A DNA stretch of 64,000 bases from positions 2,852,001 through 2,916,000 of the forward strand of contig CDLV01000005.1 in assembly GCA_001244265.2 (NCBI GenBank), written 5' to 3'. A program made the position numbers and the translations under genes. This DNA is from Microbotryum violaceum (Eukaryota). Every line of letters begins with the position of its first letter. Within the stretch, counting starts at the first letter, position 1. This document shows positions 25,954 to 38,408 of this stretch, one piece after another. A model generated the notes under the pieces. The model was not told the DNA's origin and did no database searches. It was given only the letters and a program-made list of their open reading frames with translations.

Positions 25954-27745
25954 ATGTCGGGCTTTGACTTTAACACCCTTCTTCGCTAGTCAGTCCTCCC
26001 TGGATCGAGGAATCCGAGTGCGAGGACTGAATCTGACTCGATTCATTACACGACTGCTCTACTTTCTCAACACGCTCTTCACCCACAGTGCCAAGAAGGC
26101 TTTCACGGTGAGTTCCATTGCCTACATCGACCTCGAGTCGGTGGGAACGGCTCAAGTACGCAGTGCGCTAATTTGTCTTTTATCGCTGCTTTACAGTTCT
26201 ACAAAAAGTTCAAGAGCCAACAGAACCAAAACCAAGGTCAGGGAGGCCAACAGCAGCAACACCACCAACAGCAACAACAACCACAACAGGGAGGAGCATG
26301 GAACAATCAGCAGCAATCACCGTACCCTCCTTCACATGGCCAACAGCAGCAGCAGCATGGCGCTTGGCAACAGTCGCAGCCGCAACAAGAGCATCACTCT
26401 GGCCCGTACGGAGCTCATGATGGACCTGCTACGGTGAGTTTGCTTGCTTCGACTCCGATCGCGACCTTGGCTGCCCGGCACTTGTCGGCGACCTCGCTTC
26501 AACAATCGACCGTTCTGCCGATGCGGAAGCGACTCGTCGATGTGAACGGTCCACCGCACCCGCGATCGCCTCGCGAAATGGTCGAGCTCATCGTCATGTA
26601 CATCTTGTCCTTCGAGACGACATGTCGATCTTTATCAGCGCCGCGACAACGTTGATCGCCCCTGCCAGGTTTTGGGCCCCTCCTTTCCTCGTCCTCAAGG
26701 GTGCCGTCTCGGGCTCTCTTGCTGGTCCATCTTACCGCTCGAGAGCTGAAGCATGCCTTTTCACATACCCTTTTCCCTCTCTCCCTCCCTTCCCCGCTAC
26801 ACCAACGCTCCTTTTCATCCTTTTCACCCCATCTCGTCCGGCGACATCACCGCCTTCGATCCCCCTTCTGAACCCCGATCGAACTCTTGAAACTACGCCG
26901 ACCGGATACCGCTCTCACCTCGCACCTCGGTCTTTTGGTTATTACCCGGCTTTCTTCGCCCCGCTTTCCGGTACTTGATCACTTTGGATCGGATGGAGGA
27001 ACAGAATCAAGATATGGCGAACGCGCAAAATTCGTATTATGTTGATTTGAGGAATAAGGCTATTCATGAGGGAGATTTGATGGTGCGTACTGTTTTTCTT
27101 CTTCTTGTTCTCAATCAGTGTGAAATCTTAACGACGGAGGACGGGGATGGGTGTTGATCTCGGACCTTCTTTTCTTAGTGTAGGGCAGGGCGTTCTCAGC
27201 TTCCAAGCAAGCCTATGCTTCCGGCGATGGTGGACGTGCGCACGATCTTAGCGTCGAAGGAAAGGAACATCAACGCCTCAAGGAGCAGTACAACGACCAG
27301 GCTGCGCAATGGATCTTTAATGGTAAGTAACCTCTCTCGATACTGCGACGTAGCCGTGAAACATCGTGGACTCATTCATCGAGGTCGCATTCGCCGTTTT
27401 ACAGAAAACAACAAGGTCCAACCGCGCGGTACGATCGACCTACACGGTCTGTACGTACAGGAATCGATCGACTTTACCGAACGAGCGATTCAAAACGCGC
27501 GACAAGAAGGTTTACCCGAATTACGCGTCATCGTCGGTAAAGGCAATCACTCGGCTGCACATGTCGCCAAGATCAAACCGGCGATTACGAGTTTGATGCA
27601 AAAGGAGAATTTGACGGCTCATTTGGATCAACATAACTCGGGGGTGTTGGTCGTTTTGTTGCAGGGGCAAGGTACGGGAAAGAGTTCGAGGGAGGTGATT
27701 GGAGATTTGGAGAGGGATCCGAATAATGATTGTGTGGTCATGTAA
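25954..27745 (+). CDS. Smr-domain protein with DUF1771-like region and Gln-rich N-terminus
   Basis: LRNKAIHEGDLM|GRAFSASKQAYASGDGGRAHDLS region, then Smr motifs IDLHGLYVQE and LRVIVGKGNHS. N-terminal exon structure is approximate. Confidence 0.85.
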
Positions 27746-28013
27746 GAGGAAAAATTCACTGCAAGGCATAAGACCATTGATGGAGGAGAGGCAAGACATG
27801 ATATGACGTGGCTTCCCTGAAGTGGACTTTCTATGAAGGTGTGATATACTCTGTGCCGTACTGATATTCATGGCGAGCCTTTTCCGCTCTCGGCACAACT
27901 CTCGGAAGGCTTTGCGTAGAAATGAGGGACAGAGCATCTCAAGACTGTCCATTGTCAGGGTATTACAAAGACGCCACCCAAAATTAAAAGAACCTCATCG
28001 ACACTCTGACACC

Positions 28014-28941
28014 TTACAACTTGCGGCAATCCCCATCAAAGCTTTGAACGCCCAACAAAGCGGTGACGTTGTTCAAGCCGCCGGTGTGGGCACCTACGAA
28101 CAAGGCGCCGACGGAGGCGTTGGTTCCTTGGGTGTAGCAGAATTCGACGTCCCATTCGATTTGAGAGGCGCGGCCGTGGCAGGGGGTCGGGTGACGAAAG
28201 TTTCCTGGACGGTGAAGAGGGTAAGGGGAGGAAGGGTGAGGTACAAAAGATAAGAAAACGTTGTTGTTCTCAGATATTTTCAAGGAAGCTTTGTGGGACC
28301 CGCCAGGACTACTTACGCGTTAGTAAGTGATGGTGTTGTCACCCACGGTCCCTGGCACGGTCGTGGTCGTATCGGCCTTCTTGTTGACCTTGTACGACTC
28401 GATCTCTTCGATGAGATTGATGGTGGAGCTGAGAGCGACGGTACGCGTCGAGCCCTTCTTGTTGTCCTGCAGAGGCAGGAAGACGACAAAGCCGGAAGTG
28501 GGATCGTTAGCTCTCAGTGAAGCAGAGGTTCTACAATGCTAGCATCGTTCAAGCCTCCACATCGACTTACGGGTCCTGACGTGGCCGTCTGTGGCAAACC
28601 TTGCTAGTCCGAGTGCTGGAACGAGCCGACGATGCGTAAGAGCTTCTCCGTGCAGACAGGGCAAACGCGTTCTTGAAAGACGTTGCTAAAAGCTAAACGT
28701 GGAAAAAGGAGGAGAATACCGGTGCAGATGGGATCAGTAACTGTATTCGATCGGGTTTGAGTGCTTGGCTGGGTGACCAGTACCGCGAGCGCCGCGTTGC
28801 CTCACTCTCAGTGCCCCTTGACGGCCTCCCCTCCACTCTTTAACTTTCGCACTCACATGCCGAACCGCACTTGGTCTTGGGCAACGCCGAGGTCGTCAAA
28901 ACCGCGGCGGCAAAGAGGGTGAACAGAGAGGTGTAAAGCAT
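28014..28941 (-). pseudogene. Small secreted Cys-containing protein gene, apparently disrupted
   Basis: Signal-peptide-like MLYTSLFTLFAAAVLTTSALP and four exons with canonical splice sites. The codon-biased frame has TAG (28604-28606), TAA (28320-28322) and a phase mismatch into the last exon. Confidence 0.55.
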
Positions 28942-29801
28942 GGCAATTTCTGCAAGGAGTATTGAGTTGGGAGATTGAGGCGATGGGATGTGGGAAGCAA
29001 AGGAAGGAAAGATAAGCTGAAAGTGTGACCCCTCGACTTGATCGAAGTTGGATCTAGGGTCTGATCCGCCGCCACAAGTCGCGCTGCTGACCGTCATTAG
29101 CCTTCAAACCCACCGTGGTCCCATGCATCAAGAGCGATCGTAGCAAATTGAAATAAGTCCGCAACTCCGTCACGCCCGAAGATGAGTGAAATGGGCTCTA
29201 GGCCCATGAATAATGCCTTTTACTGCGGTACCTCGAACGAAGCTCGAGGGTAGCACTCGTCGTCTTGGTACTGGTCACACCCAGAACAAAATTTGTCGTA
29301 TCGATCGCCACTATTCGCTCGCGCGCCCGCAATTTGGTTTCACGGCCTTGGTCCGGACTCCGATGGACCTTGAGCTCACTGCAGCTTCATTCTTAAAGTC
29401 TTCTCTCAGCTGTGGAATGCCTTGGTCTCTCAAGGCGTCAAGCGTCTGAATTTTACTGGATAGCAGAACGTGTACTTGACCCCTTATCGAGCCAAACTCG
29501 CCCAAAAGTGCTTCCACGATGGATCCATATCACGCCCTAGATCCCAGAGCCCGTTTAGGGGGGACCCGTTTACTTGCGCATTGCTTCTTGACCAACTGTC
29601 CTCACGTGCTGGTAGTATACTTTTGGTCAGCATGAATCTTTTGCTACAACAGTTTCATTTATATCATCCTATGCAGAGAATGAACGCCATCCATATTGGG
29701 GCCGCTCTCCGTTTCGAGCCCATGGTGGTAAGCCTATACGGAGGATTAAGACGTCCACTACCGAAAACAGTCTGACCTTTACCCCAAACACCACCATTAA
29801 A

Positions 29802-30994
29802 TCACCTCAAACCATCCTGCAAATAATCCGCAAACAACTGCCCGATCTTCTCAACCGGCAACTCCTTGCCCGCCTGCTGATTCAATTTCGAGAACTGCCT
29901 CTTGAATCGTTGCAGTTGTGGCATCGAGACGGGGCGATGTAGTGTGATCTCGACGGTGATGGGTTTGGGAGAGACAGGGAGGACGAGCTTTGTGGGACCT
30001 GAGAGGGGGGAGAGGGACTGTTGCGAGAGGAGTGTTTGGATGAGAGTTGTGGTTGTGTTTTCGAGGACGGTGAGGTAAGAAGTGGAGGAGGTCTGGACCT
30101 GTATGTCGGAGAAGAGACCCTTTTCAGTCAGATATCATTATGATTTGTGCTCTATAGTACGTACGACTATTGTTGCCACATTGGCCGGCTTGATGTCACC
30201 CGAGGTGATGGCGTCCCATATCCGCTCGCCTTCGGCCGAGCCGAGGGATGCCGCCTCCGAAGAGTCTGCAGCGGTGGTCGGGTCCAATGGCGGGTCAAAG
30301 TGAGCTATTGTGATCAATGGCGAGTCCCATCGCGCTGCTGATCGAGGTTCTTCGAAGCGAGAGATCAGGTTCTCGAGGCTGTGGGGAGAGTCTTTGGATA
30401 AGAGTCTACCACTGACGCTGGAGGCAAGACGGGAAAAGACTGACGTTGCTTCGCTATATCGCGATGACTCTTCCCTGGTCATATCCCATTCTTGACACGT
30501 ATTCGGAGGAGTCGCGACGAAGACCTGCTGGGCGACATGACTGAGTCAGAACAACTCTTCAGTGGCGCACTCCGATTTCGGCTCTCACGCACGGTACATG
30601 TCCTGATGCCGGCCTCCCTTGCCGCACAGTACATCTGATATCGACTACCTTTGATGTAATTCATGGCGTCGATGATGGCGATCGTGTCGGAGCGCATAAC
30701 CCGTACCGCAGCGCTGAATAAGGTTGCCCGGGCTGACTTCTCGGCTCGGGAGTCTATGCAACGAAGGAAAGGTCAGGCATACGTTAAGTGTGAGTGTAGC
30801 ATATGTGCCAACTAACCATCGTACGCGGATTTGGAGATATGAAGTGACTCGTCACTGATCATAACGACCTGCAGCTTGGCGAGATGAGGTGGTGTCGACG
30901 GATGCGCGAGCTTGACGGCGAGCAATCGTTGCAGCTCCTGAGCTCGAGTCGATTTACCACTTGAAGGGTATCCTACAAAGGTGACGAGAGCCAT
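29802..30994 (-). CDS. KTI12: Elongator-associated PSTK-like ATPase Kti12
   Basis: MALVTFVGYPSSGKSTRA P-loop, IIDAMNYIKGSRYQMYC, LISRFEEP..RWDSPL and QLQRFKRQF motifs. Confidence 0.93.
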
Positions 30995-31711
30995 GTCGAG
31001 TCCGTGTTATAGCCGTGATGAGGCTGAGGGCTCCCGTCGTCTTGGTGGTCGGCTGCGAAGCGCCGTGGTTCAAATTTGGCGTTACTTGCCGCGTAGAGTG
31101 GCTCTGATGCAGCGACCTGTCCCAATTCCCAAGTTGGAGATAGCGCTGGTTCTAGACTGCGTCGTGGATCGAGCGAGGTCTGGCGCAGACGGGCGAGAGC
31201 ACGCTAATAGTTGAAAGTTGAGTCGTGCTCGCCAAAGTCACCAGACTTGAGTCCGGCGCCAATATCGAAAAATTACATCCATTCTGATAGACTCCAGCTA
31301 TTAGAGAGCCAGATTTAGGCTATCAAACATCCCTATTTTGACCCAAACATACTCGAGGTATCTTCACGAACGGGCCATAATTTACTGATACGGAAGCCGG
31401 CGAGCCGAAGCCCCTGTGCACTGTGAGCTAACGCGACGCCTCTTCATTTTTTTCCCCCTAAGCCACTTGATGAACATATGGAGCGTCATCGGCACACCAA
31501 TTTAGAGGGAATACTAAAGTTATGATACATCGGATTCTAGAAAACCAGACTGATTGGTGAAGATACAAACTGCACACCACAGAAACGACCAGAAAAGCAG
31601 CCAGCAGGAAGCAGCCCGTCGGCGGAAGAAGCCATCCACGCTTCAAGCGTTCATCATGAGGACACCACGTCATCAATATGCGACACGTGGAATAGCCGAA
31701 TCGTGTGCGTG

Positions 31712-34690
31712 CTACTTGGTGAGCTTCGTGCAGTAGTCTGAGAAGACAGAAAAGTCGATGAAGAGGGTCAGTTCATTCCACTGGAACGTGTAGGTCGCAC
31801 CCGCCATGCACTCACCAAAGTTGTACCGAGAACTATCCGGATTCAAAGCCCAAGTCGGCATCGTCACCGCTTTTCCAGATCCACCGAACAAGGCGAACGT
31901 CGCGATAAAGACCATGAATTGCGTTCCTCCGTCCAAGCCAGCGGAGAGGAGGTAATTGTACTTGCGGAACCAGGTCGCTCGGTAGCGGCGGAGGTAGTAT
32001 TGCGAGAAGAGGGCGATCAACATGGTGCCAAAGACGGCGGAGTTGATGCCAACGCAGAGAAGACCGATCGACCAGCACATAATCGGTGTCACTGTTCGGG
32101 GACATATCGTGGCAAGGTTAGTGCTCGTCATCGTGAGGAAGAGAAAGCAAGATCAATTGATACTTACCAACTTGGTCCAGTTTGAGCTTGGGGAAGAACT
32201 TGTGGCCGACCCAGAACGGAAGAGGTACGAACAGACCGATGACGATCGATATAGGAATGATAAAGTAGGGGCGACCAGGGGCATACATGGATTTGGCGAG
32301 AGCGCCCCATGCGACGGCTTGCGAGTTATATGACTGAACCTGTTGGCCCGACCAGATATTCGTGCCTTGGACCGAAAGCAGCACTGCGCGTTGCGAGTTG
32401 ATGATCGACTTCATTACGACGAGCTGAAGAATGGCGCCGACAACGGTACCGACGACCTGGCAGACGAAGGTCGAGATAGGAGGCAGCTTAGTGTACTGGC
32501 CGAGCTTGAGATCACGGGTCAGGCCACGAGCTTGCGAGACCGAGTTGGAGCCGTAGAGGGTAAAGTAGAGGTTGGCTCGCGAGTTTCCGGGAACGATCGC
32601 GGCACCGAGCATCTGAGCGAGCTGCTGAACGTCGGTGTTGAACCCAGTGACGGCGTAGACGATGAGGACCGGCGGAAAGACTGCGGCCGCGAGGAGGAAA
32701 GCGATGATCAAAGCCCACCACGGCAGTTCGGCGTGGCCGGCGTAGCAGCTGGCCATCGACATGGCGAACGAAGCTCCGAGTGTCAAGAGATACCACCACA
32801 TCGGGACCTCGCGGTACGCCATCATCTTTTGGTAGTGGGGATCCGGCTGGGATCGACTGCGGTACTCCTTGAAAGCCTTGGTAATCGACGGGAGATACCA
32901 CACGGCGACATGGGAAAGACTCGCCCCGATGGAGAGGTTCGCCCCGATGTAATAGAGTGCATTTGACGTGGCGTACCAAGGAACGCCCTCGATGTTGAGT
33001 TTTGTCTGGTTCAGAGAGTAATCCTTGTTGAGAATGGCGAGCTGATTGTACTGCGTTCCGTTTTCGTAGAAGAGCTGTTGCGACAAAAACGGGAAGTTCT
33101 TGGCGTTCCAGAGGTTGTTCGCATAAGCGACGGAGAACATGATGCAGCAGATCGCGACTCCGATATATTGCGAGACCTCTGGGTGATTCGGGATCGGGAA
33201 CCCGAAATTGAGACGTCAGGCGCTCGAGAACAACAGATGGACAAATGACGAGGGCACTCACGAGTGCTGAAGGGGGTGAATAGGGCACCGAGGGAACCGC
33301 CTCCGGATCCAACGTAGTTCCAGTCGAAGCAGAGGGAAAACATGCCGAGACCTTCGTTACCGTTGGAACCACCGAAGATGCGAGTGAACCAAGCCGAATT
33401 ACGGTTGGCGAGACAGAAGATGGAGACACCCGTAAGGGTAGGCGCAATGAACTCGGGGATCCATTCCCAGCAAAAGATGATGGCGAAAGCGGTCCAGAAG
33501 AAGCGCAGGCGTTTCTTTTGAGCGGGGCCGTTGGTCTGTTGGCAAGTCAACAGCGCAAGAGTTCTTGGTAAGCCAGCTGCGGCACTGTACTATATGGATG
33601 CAATGGAAAGCACCTCGCGATGGAAAGCGTCGAAAAGAGACACCGTCGGGATGAGGTTGGGGAAGACAATATAAGTCGGGAAAACGGTGAAGGATCGCAT
33701 CAAGCCAGCGATGCCGTAGCCGAACAATTGCGACCCGAGGAGCGTGAAGATGGCCACGCCATAACTCGGATGAACATTGTAGTAGAGTTCTTCGGCGGCA
33801 AAGACGGATATTGCCAGGGCCGAGTCGGTGGCGGTCGAACTCATGACGAGGATGGCGACGTGCTCTTTGATGTTGAAGTCGCACGGATTGAGGAGGGCCC
33901 AGAATCGACCCCTGTCTGCCTTGGGCAGAATTGACGCCCATGTCTTGCCCATGACATACGCAATCACTTGCAGAAACAGTTGAGATACAAAGATGGTCTG
34001 TTGGTGCGTGTTTCGCGTCATCAATGCGTCAGTTACGGTGCCTTTGCCTTTGCCTGGTCGTATCGAGACTTAGCACACCTGAGGCCTGAAGTAGAAGATC
34101 TGCCCTAGCACAGCGGCGAAGCAGGTCAATCCGAGTCCGATGGTCCACATTCGGATCGTATGCACAACCAGACTCTGGTCATCATCAAGAGAGATGCATC
34201 TATGAGAAATATAAATGTGTCAGGCCAAGGTAGTAACGGAGGGGTTTACTTTCAAGGGGTCCGAGCGTCTACTCACCGAGTGGCGATGTCTTCAGCAGTC
34301 TCGATCGGCCGCTGTGAGAGAGGCAGGTCGTGGTATAGCGGGGTCAGGATTGAACTCCGATGTGAAAAGCACCCCTTAAGCTGCTCATGCATCCTCAAGT
34401 GCGAAGGCGGCGCTCAGCCCCTGGCGGCTGGGATTACTGCAGAACTTCTTAAAAATTGTACGCACCTCTTTACCATTGGCAAGCAAATTGTGCGCGTCCA
34501 GCTGGGATACCGCGGCTGCTGGGGCGTCGACATCGGCCTTGTCGGTCTTGTCGAGGATGGGACGGTCAGCCGTCGGCGCTGGTTTTTCGTCTTCGCTTCG
34601 GAGGCAGGGCGGTTTGACATTGCTGGCAGTGTCGCTGACATCGCTCGATCCTTGTCGTCGGAACGGGAGGCGAGTGATTGATACACCCAT
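31712..34690 (-). CDS. OPT-family oligopeptide transporter (copy A)
   Basis: CISLDDD..HTIRMWTIGLG, NPCDFNIKEH, WEWIPEFIAPTL, GNEGLG, PDPHYQKMMAYREVPMWWY, DLKLGQYTKLPP, WFRKYNYLLSAGLDGGT. Confidence 0.95.
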
Positions 34691-35582
34691 ATTGGCTTGT
34701 GATGAGGGCTGTCGAACAGCTTGTAGAGGTTGAAGTGATGGAGCAAAGTCTGAGAGGTGTACGGAACTGAGGGCATCATGCTCTCGGAGTCGACACAATC
34801 GACTCTCCCGCGATGTGGGGCGCGCTTGGCGGATGATGATCGCATTATCTTCCGAGGGGTTCAAGGCCCAATAGCGATGCCAAAAATGAGGCAGAGCGAC
34901 CAAGACCAGTGCTCGAAACGGCACGAAGGGGGCGATCCGAGCTTGGCGCGCATTCCCACTGCAGCAGTGCAATGGAGTGCCCCAGGTTCATTGTACAGCA
35001 CAACCGACGACGACTCCGAGCCCGAATCGCACCAAATGGGAGTCCGGTGGTTTCAAATGCCGGAATGAGCGTGTCTATCACCGATTCACCGCCGCCGCTG
35101 TGGGAGGGCACTGGTCGAAACGTCGTAAAGAGCTCAGGCGCATCTTGCCCGATCGAGCGATGGCGCGGCGCGCCCGCCTGTAATAAGGCGGTGGCCGAAA
35201 CGCGCAATGGCAAGACCGGATTGTGAGGCATTGCTTGCCCTCGCGAAGCATGACACAGGTCATGGGTGACCGGGTTAGTCGGTCCTACGCCTTCCGGTGT
35301 AGGCATCATGGCTCCAAGTTGACACATAGTTAGACGCTCGTCATCCACTTACACAGACCAGTCGTCCGTATGCACACAAGCCTTCAAGACTCAGAGTCTC
35401 CCGGGCGACACGTGCTTGGTTTAGGACGAACCTCTTTGAAACTACAAATCAATCAATCTCCCATGGAACGGCCCCAAATTTTTGATAAGAACTGAGTTCT
35501 GATTCAAATCAGATCCCTACAAACAGAATAGACCAAGAAATAACAAAGCCCATTATAAATCCACTCTACTCAACCCCCATCA

Positions 35583-38408
35583 TTACGTCAACTTCTGGCA
35601 GTAGTCGAAGTTGTACAAGGCGCCATCGGGGTTCAAAGCCCATGTAGGCATCTCGACCGACTTGCCCGAACCACCGAAGAGAGCGAAGGTGGCGATGAAG
35701 ACCATGAACTGCGTTCCACCGTCGAGACCGGCCGAGAGGAGGTAATTGTACTTGCGGAACCAGGTCGCACGGTATCGGCGGAGGTAGTATTGCGAGAAGA
35801 GCGCGATCAACATGGTGCCGAAGATGGACGAGTTGATGCCGACCGAGAGGAAACCGAGGCACCAGCACATGATGGGCGTGACGACCTGGTTAAGCCTCAG
35901 CTTGGGGAAGAACTTGTGGCCGACCCAGAAGGGGAGGGGCACGAACAAGCCGATGACGATTGACATGGGGATGATGAAGTAAGGGCGACCGGGGCCGTAC
36001 ATGGACTTAGCGAGCGCACCCCACGAGACCGCCTGCGAGTTGTACGACTGGACCTGTTGACCGGACCAAATGTTGGTACCCTGAACCGATAAGAGGATCT
36101 CACGCTGGGCGCTGATGATCGACTTCATGATGATGAGCTGCAAGATGGCGCCGACAACGGTACCGACGACCTGGCAGACGAAGGTCGAGATAGGAGGCAG
36201 CTTGGTGTACTGGCCGAGCTTGAGATCACGGGTCAGGCCACGAGCTTGCCCGACCGAGTTGGAGCCGTAGAGGGTGAAGTAGAGGTTGGCACGCGAGTTT
36301 CCGGGAACAATCGCGGCACCGAGCATCTGAGCGAGCTGCTGAACGTCGGTGTTGAAACCGGTGACGGCGTAGACAACCAAAACAGGGGGGAAGATGATCG
36401 CAGCGAGCAGGAAGGCGACGATCAAGGCCCACCAAGGAAGTTGAGAGTGACCGGTGTAGCACGTGGCCATGGCCATAGCGAACGAAATGACGAGGGTAAG
36501 ACCGTACCACCACATGGGGACTTCGCGGTAGACCAACATCTTCTGGTAGTGCGGATCGGGTTGCGATCGGTCGCGGTACTCCTTGAATGCCTTCATAATC
36601 GAAGGAAGGAACCAAATAACGACGTGTGACAGCGAAGCACCGATGGCCAAGTTGGAGCCGAGGTAGTAGATGGCGTTCGAGGTCGCGTACCAGGGGATAC
36701 CTTGCTGCTCGAGCAGGGTCTGGTTGAGGGAGAAGTCGGGGTTGAGGATGGACAATTGGTCGTACTCGGTTCCGTTCTCGTAAAAGAGTTGTTGCGACAG
36801 GAAGGGGAAGCTCTGGGCGTTCCAGACGTTGTTGACGTAGCAAGCGCAGAAGAGGATGCAACACAGACCAACACCCGCGTATTGCGAGACCTCTGTGAGT
36901 GTGAAACGCATGCATGGAAAGAATCAATGTCATGCCGTGATCAATTCTAGATCAGGAAAGACGTACGAGTGCTGAAAGGCGTGAACAGGGCACCAAGCGA
37001 TCCACCACCGGAGCCGATGTAGTTCCAGTCAAGGCAGATCGAGAACATGCCGAGACCTTCGTTACCGTTGGAGCCACCAAAGATACGGGTGAACCAAGGC
37101 GAATTGCGGTTGGCGAGGCAGAAAATCGAAATACCGGTAAGCGTGGGGGCGACGAACTCGGGGATCCACTCCCACATGAAGATGGCAATGAAAGTGATCC
37201 AGAAGAACCGCAGACGCTTCTTCTGCGCGGGTCCGTTGGGGTCACGGTGGAACGCGTCGAAGAGCGAGACGACGGGGACCAAATTGGGGAAGACAATGTA
37301 GGTCGGGAACACGGTGAAGGATCGCATCAAGCCGGCAATACCGTAACCGAACAATTGCGAGCCAAGCAAGGTGAAGATGGCAACACCATAGTTGGGGGTG
37401 ATGTTGTAGTACAGCTCCTCGGCGGCGAAGACGGAGATGGCGAGAGCCGAGTCGGTGGCGGTCGAACTCATGACGAGGATGGCTACGTGCTCCTTGATGT
37501 TGAAGTCGCAAGGGTTGAGGATGGCCCAGAACTTGCCCTTGTCGGGACCGGGGAGGACCTTGGCCCATGCTTTGCCCATAATGAAGGCAATGACCTGAAT
37601 GAAGAGTTGCGAGACGAAAACGGTCTGTGGCGATGGGAAGGCATGGTGGATCAGCCAGAGGCTTGACATAGTCAATTGTCGTGGGGCAAACAAAGGAGGC
37701 TCACCTGGGGCCTGAAATAGAAAATCTGACCGAGGACGGCGGCGAAGCACGTCAAACCGAGGCCAATGAACCACATGCGAATGGTGTGGACAGGGAGTGT
37801 GGGATCATCTTCGAGTGAGATGCATCTGCATGATGACAAGTCGAGTTCAAGCAGTCAGCACCGTGTCGGAGCCAGGAATCTTCAGGAGATGCCGGGCGGC
37901 GGCCTTTGCGCCGACGCCACCATACGAAAACTCACCGAGTAGAGATATCTTCGGCGGTCTCGATCGGTCGCTGTAATAAAGTAGAGCAATTGTAGATGGT
38001 CAGCTTCATGTTACTAAAGACTGAAGGCGCCTAGCTCCCCTCTCCTTATCGGCTCGGATGGCGCAATCTTGGCCGGCCCGGAGATAACGCCGGGCCGGCG
38101 TATCGCCACACCCGCTGCCGAATTCTCCTACTGAACAGGGAGCAAAGCGAAACTTGGAGGTATTGACTTACCTCCTTGCCGTTGGAGAGCAAGTTGCGAG
38201 GGTCGAGGTCGGCCACGGCAGCATCAGGTGCCGTGGTGTGGTGAGCGTCGACGCCATCGTCCTTGACGTCTGCGCCGTAGGCCGGCGAGGACTTCTCGGA
38301 GAGGGAAGGGGTCTGCCCGCGCTCGGGCAAGGGGGCCTCGGCTGCGTCTGCTGCGTTGTGTGTCGAGTCCTGTCGACGGAAAGGCATTCGAGCCAAGAGT
38401 CCACTCAT
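35583..38408 (-). CDS. OPT-family oligopeptide transporter (copy B, tandem paralog)
   Basis: Same motifs as copy A, same orientation, high protein similarity. ATG of MSGLLARMPFRRQ at 38408. Confidence 0.95.

Noticed and set aside
31200-31450. AT-richer segment between KTI12 and OPT copy A that looks like a transposon-end remnant
   Set aside because: No TIR pair, TSD or second copy was found in the window.
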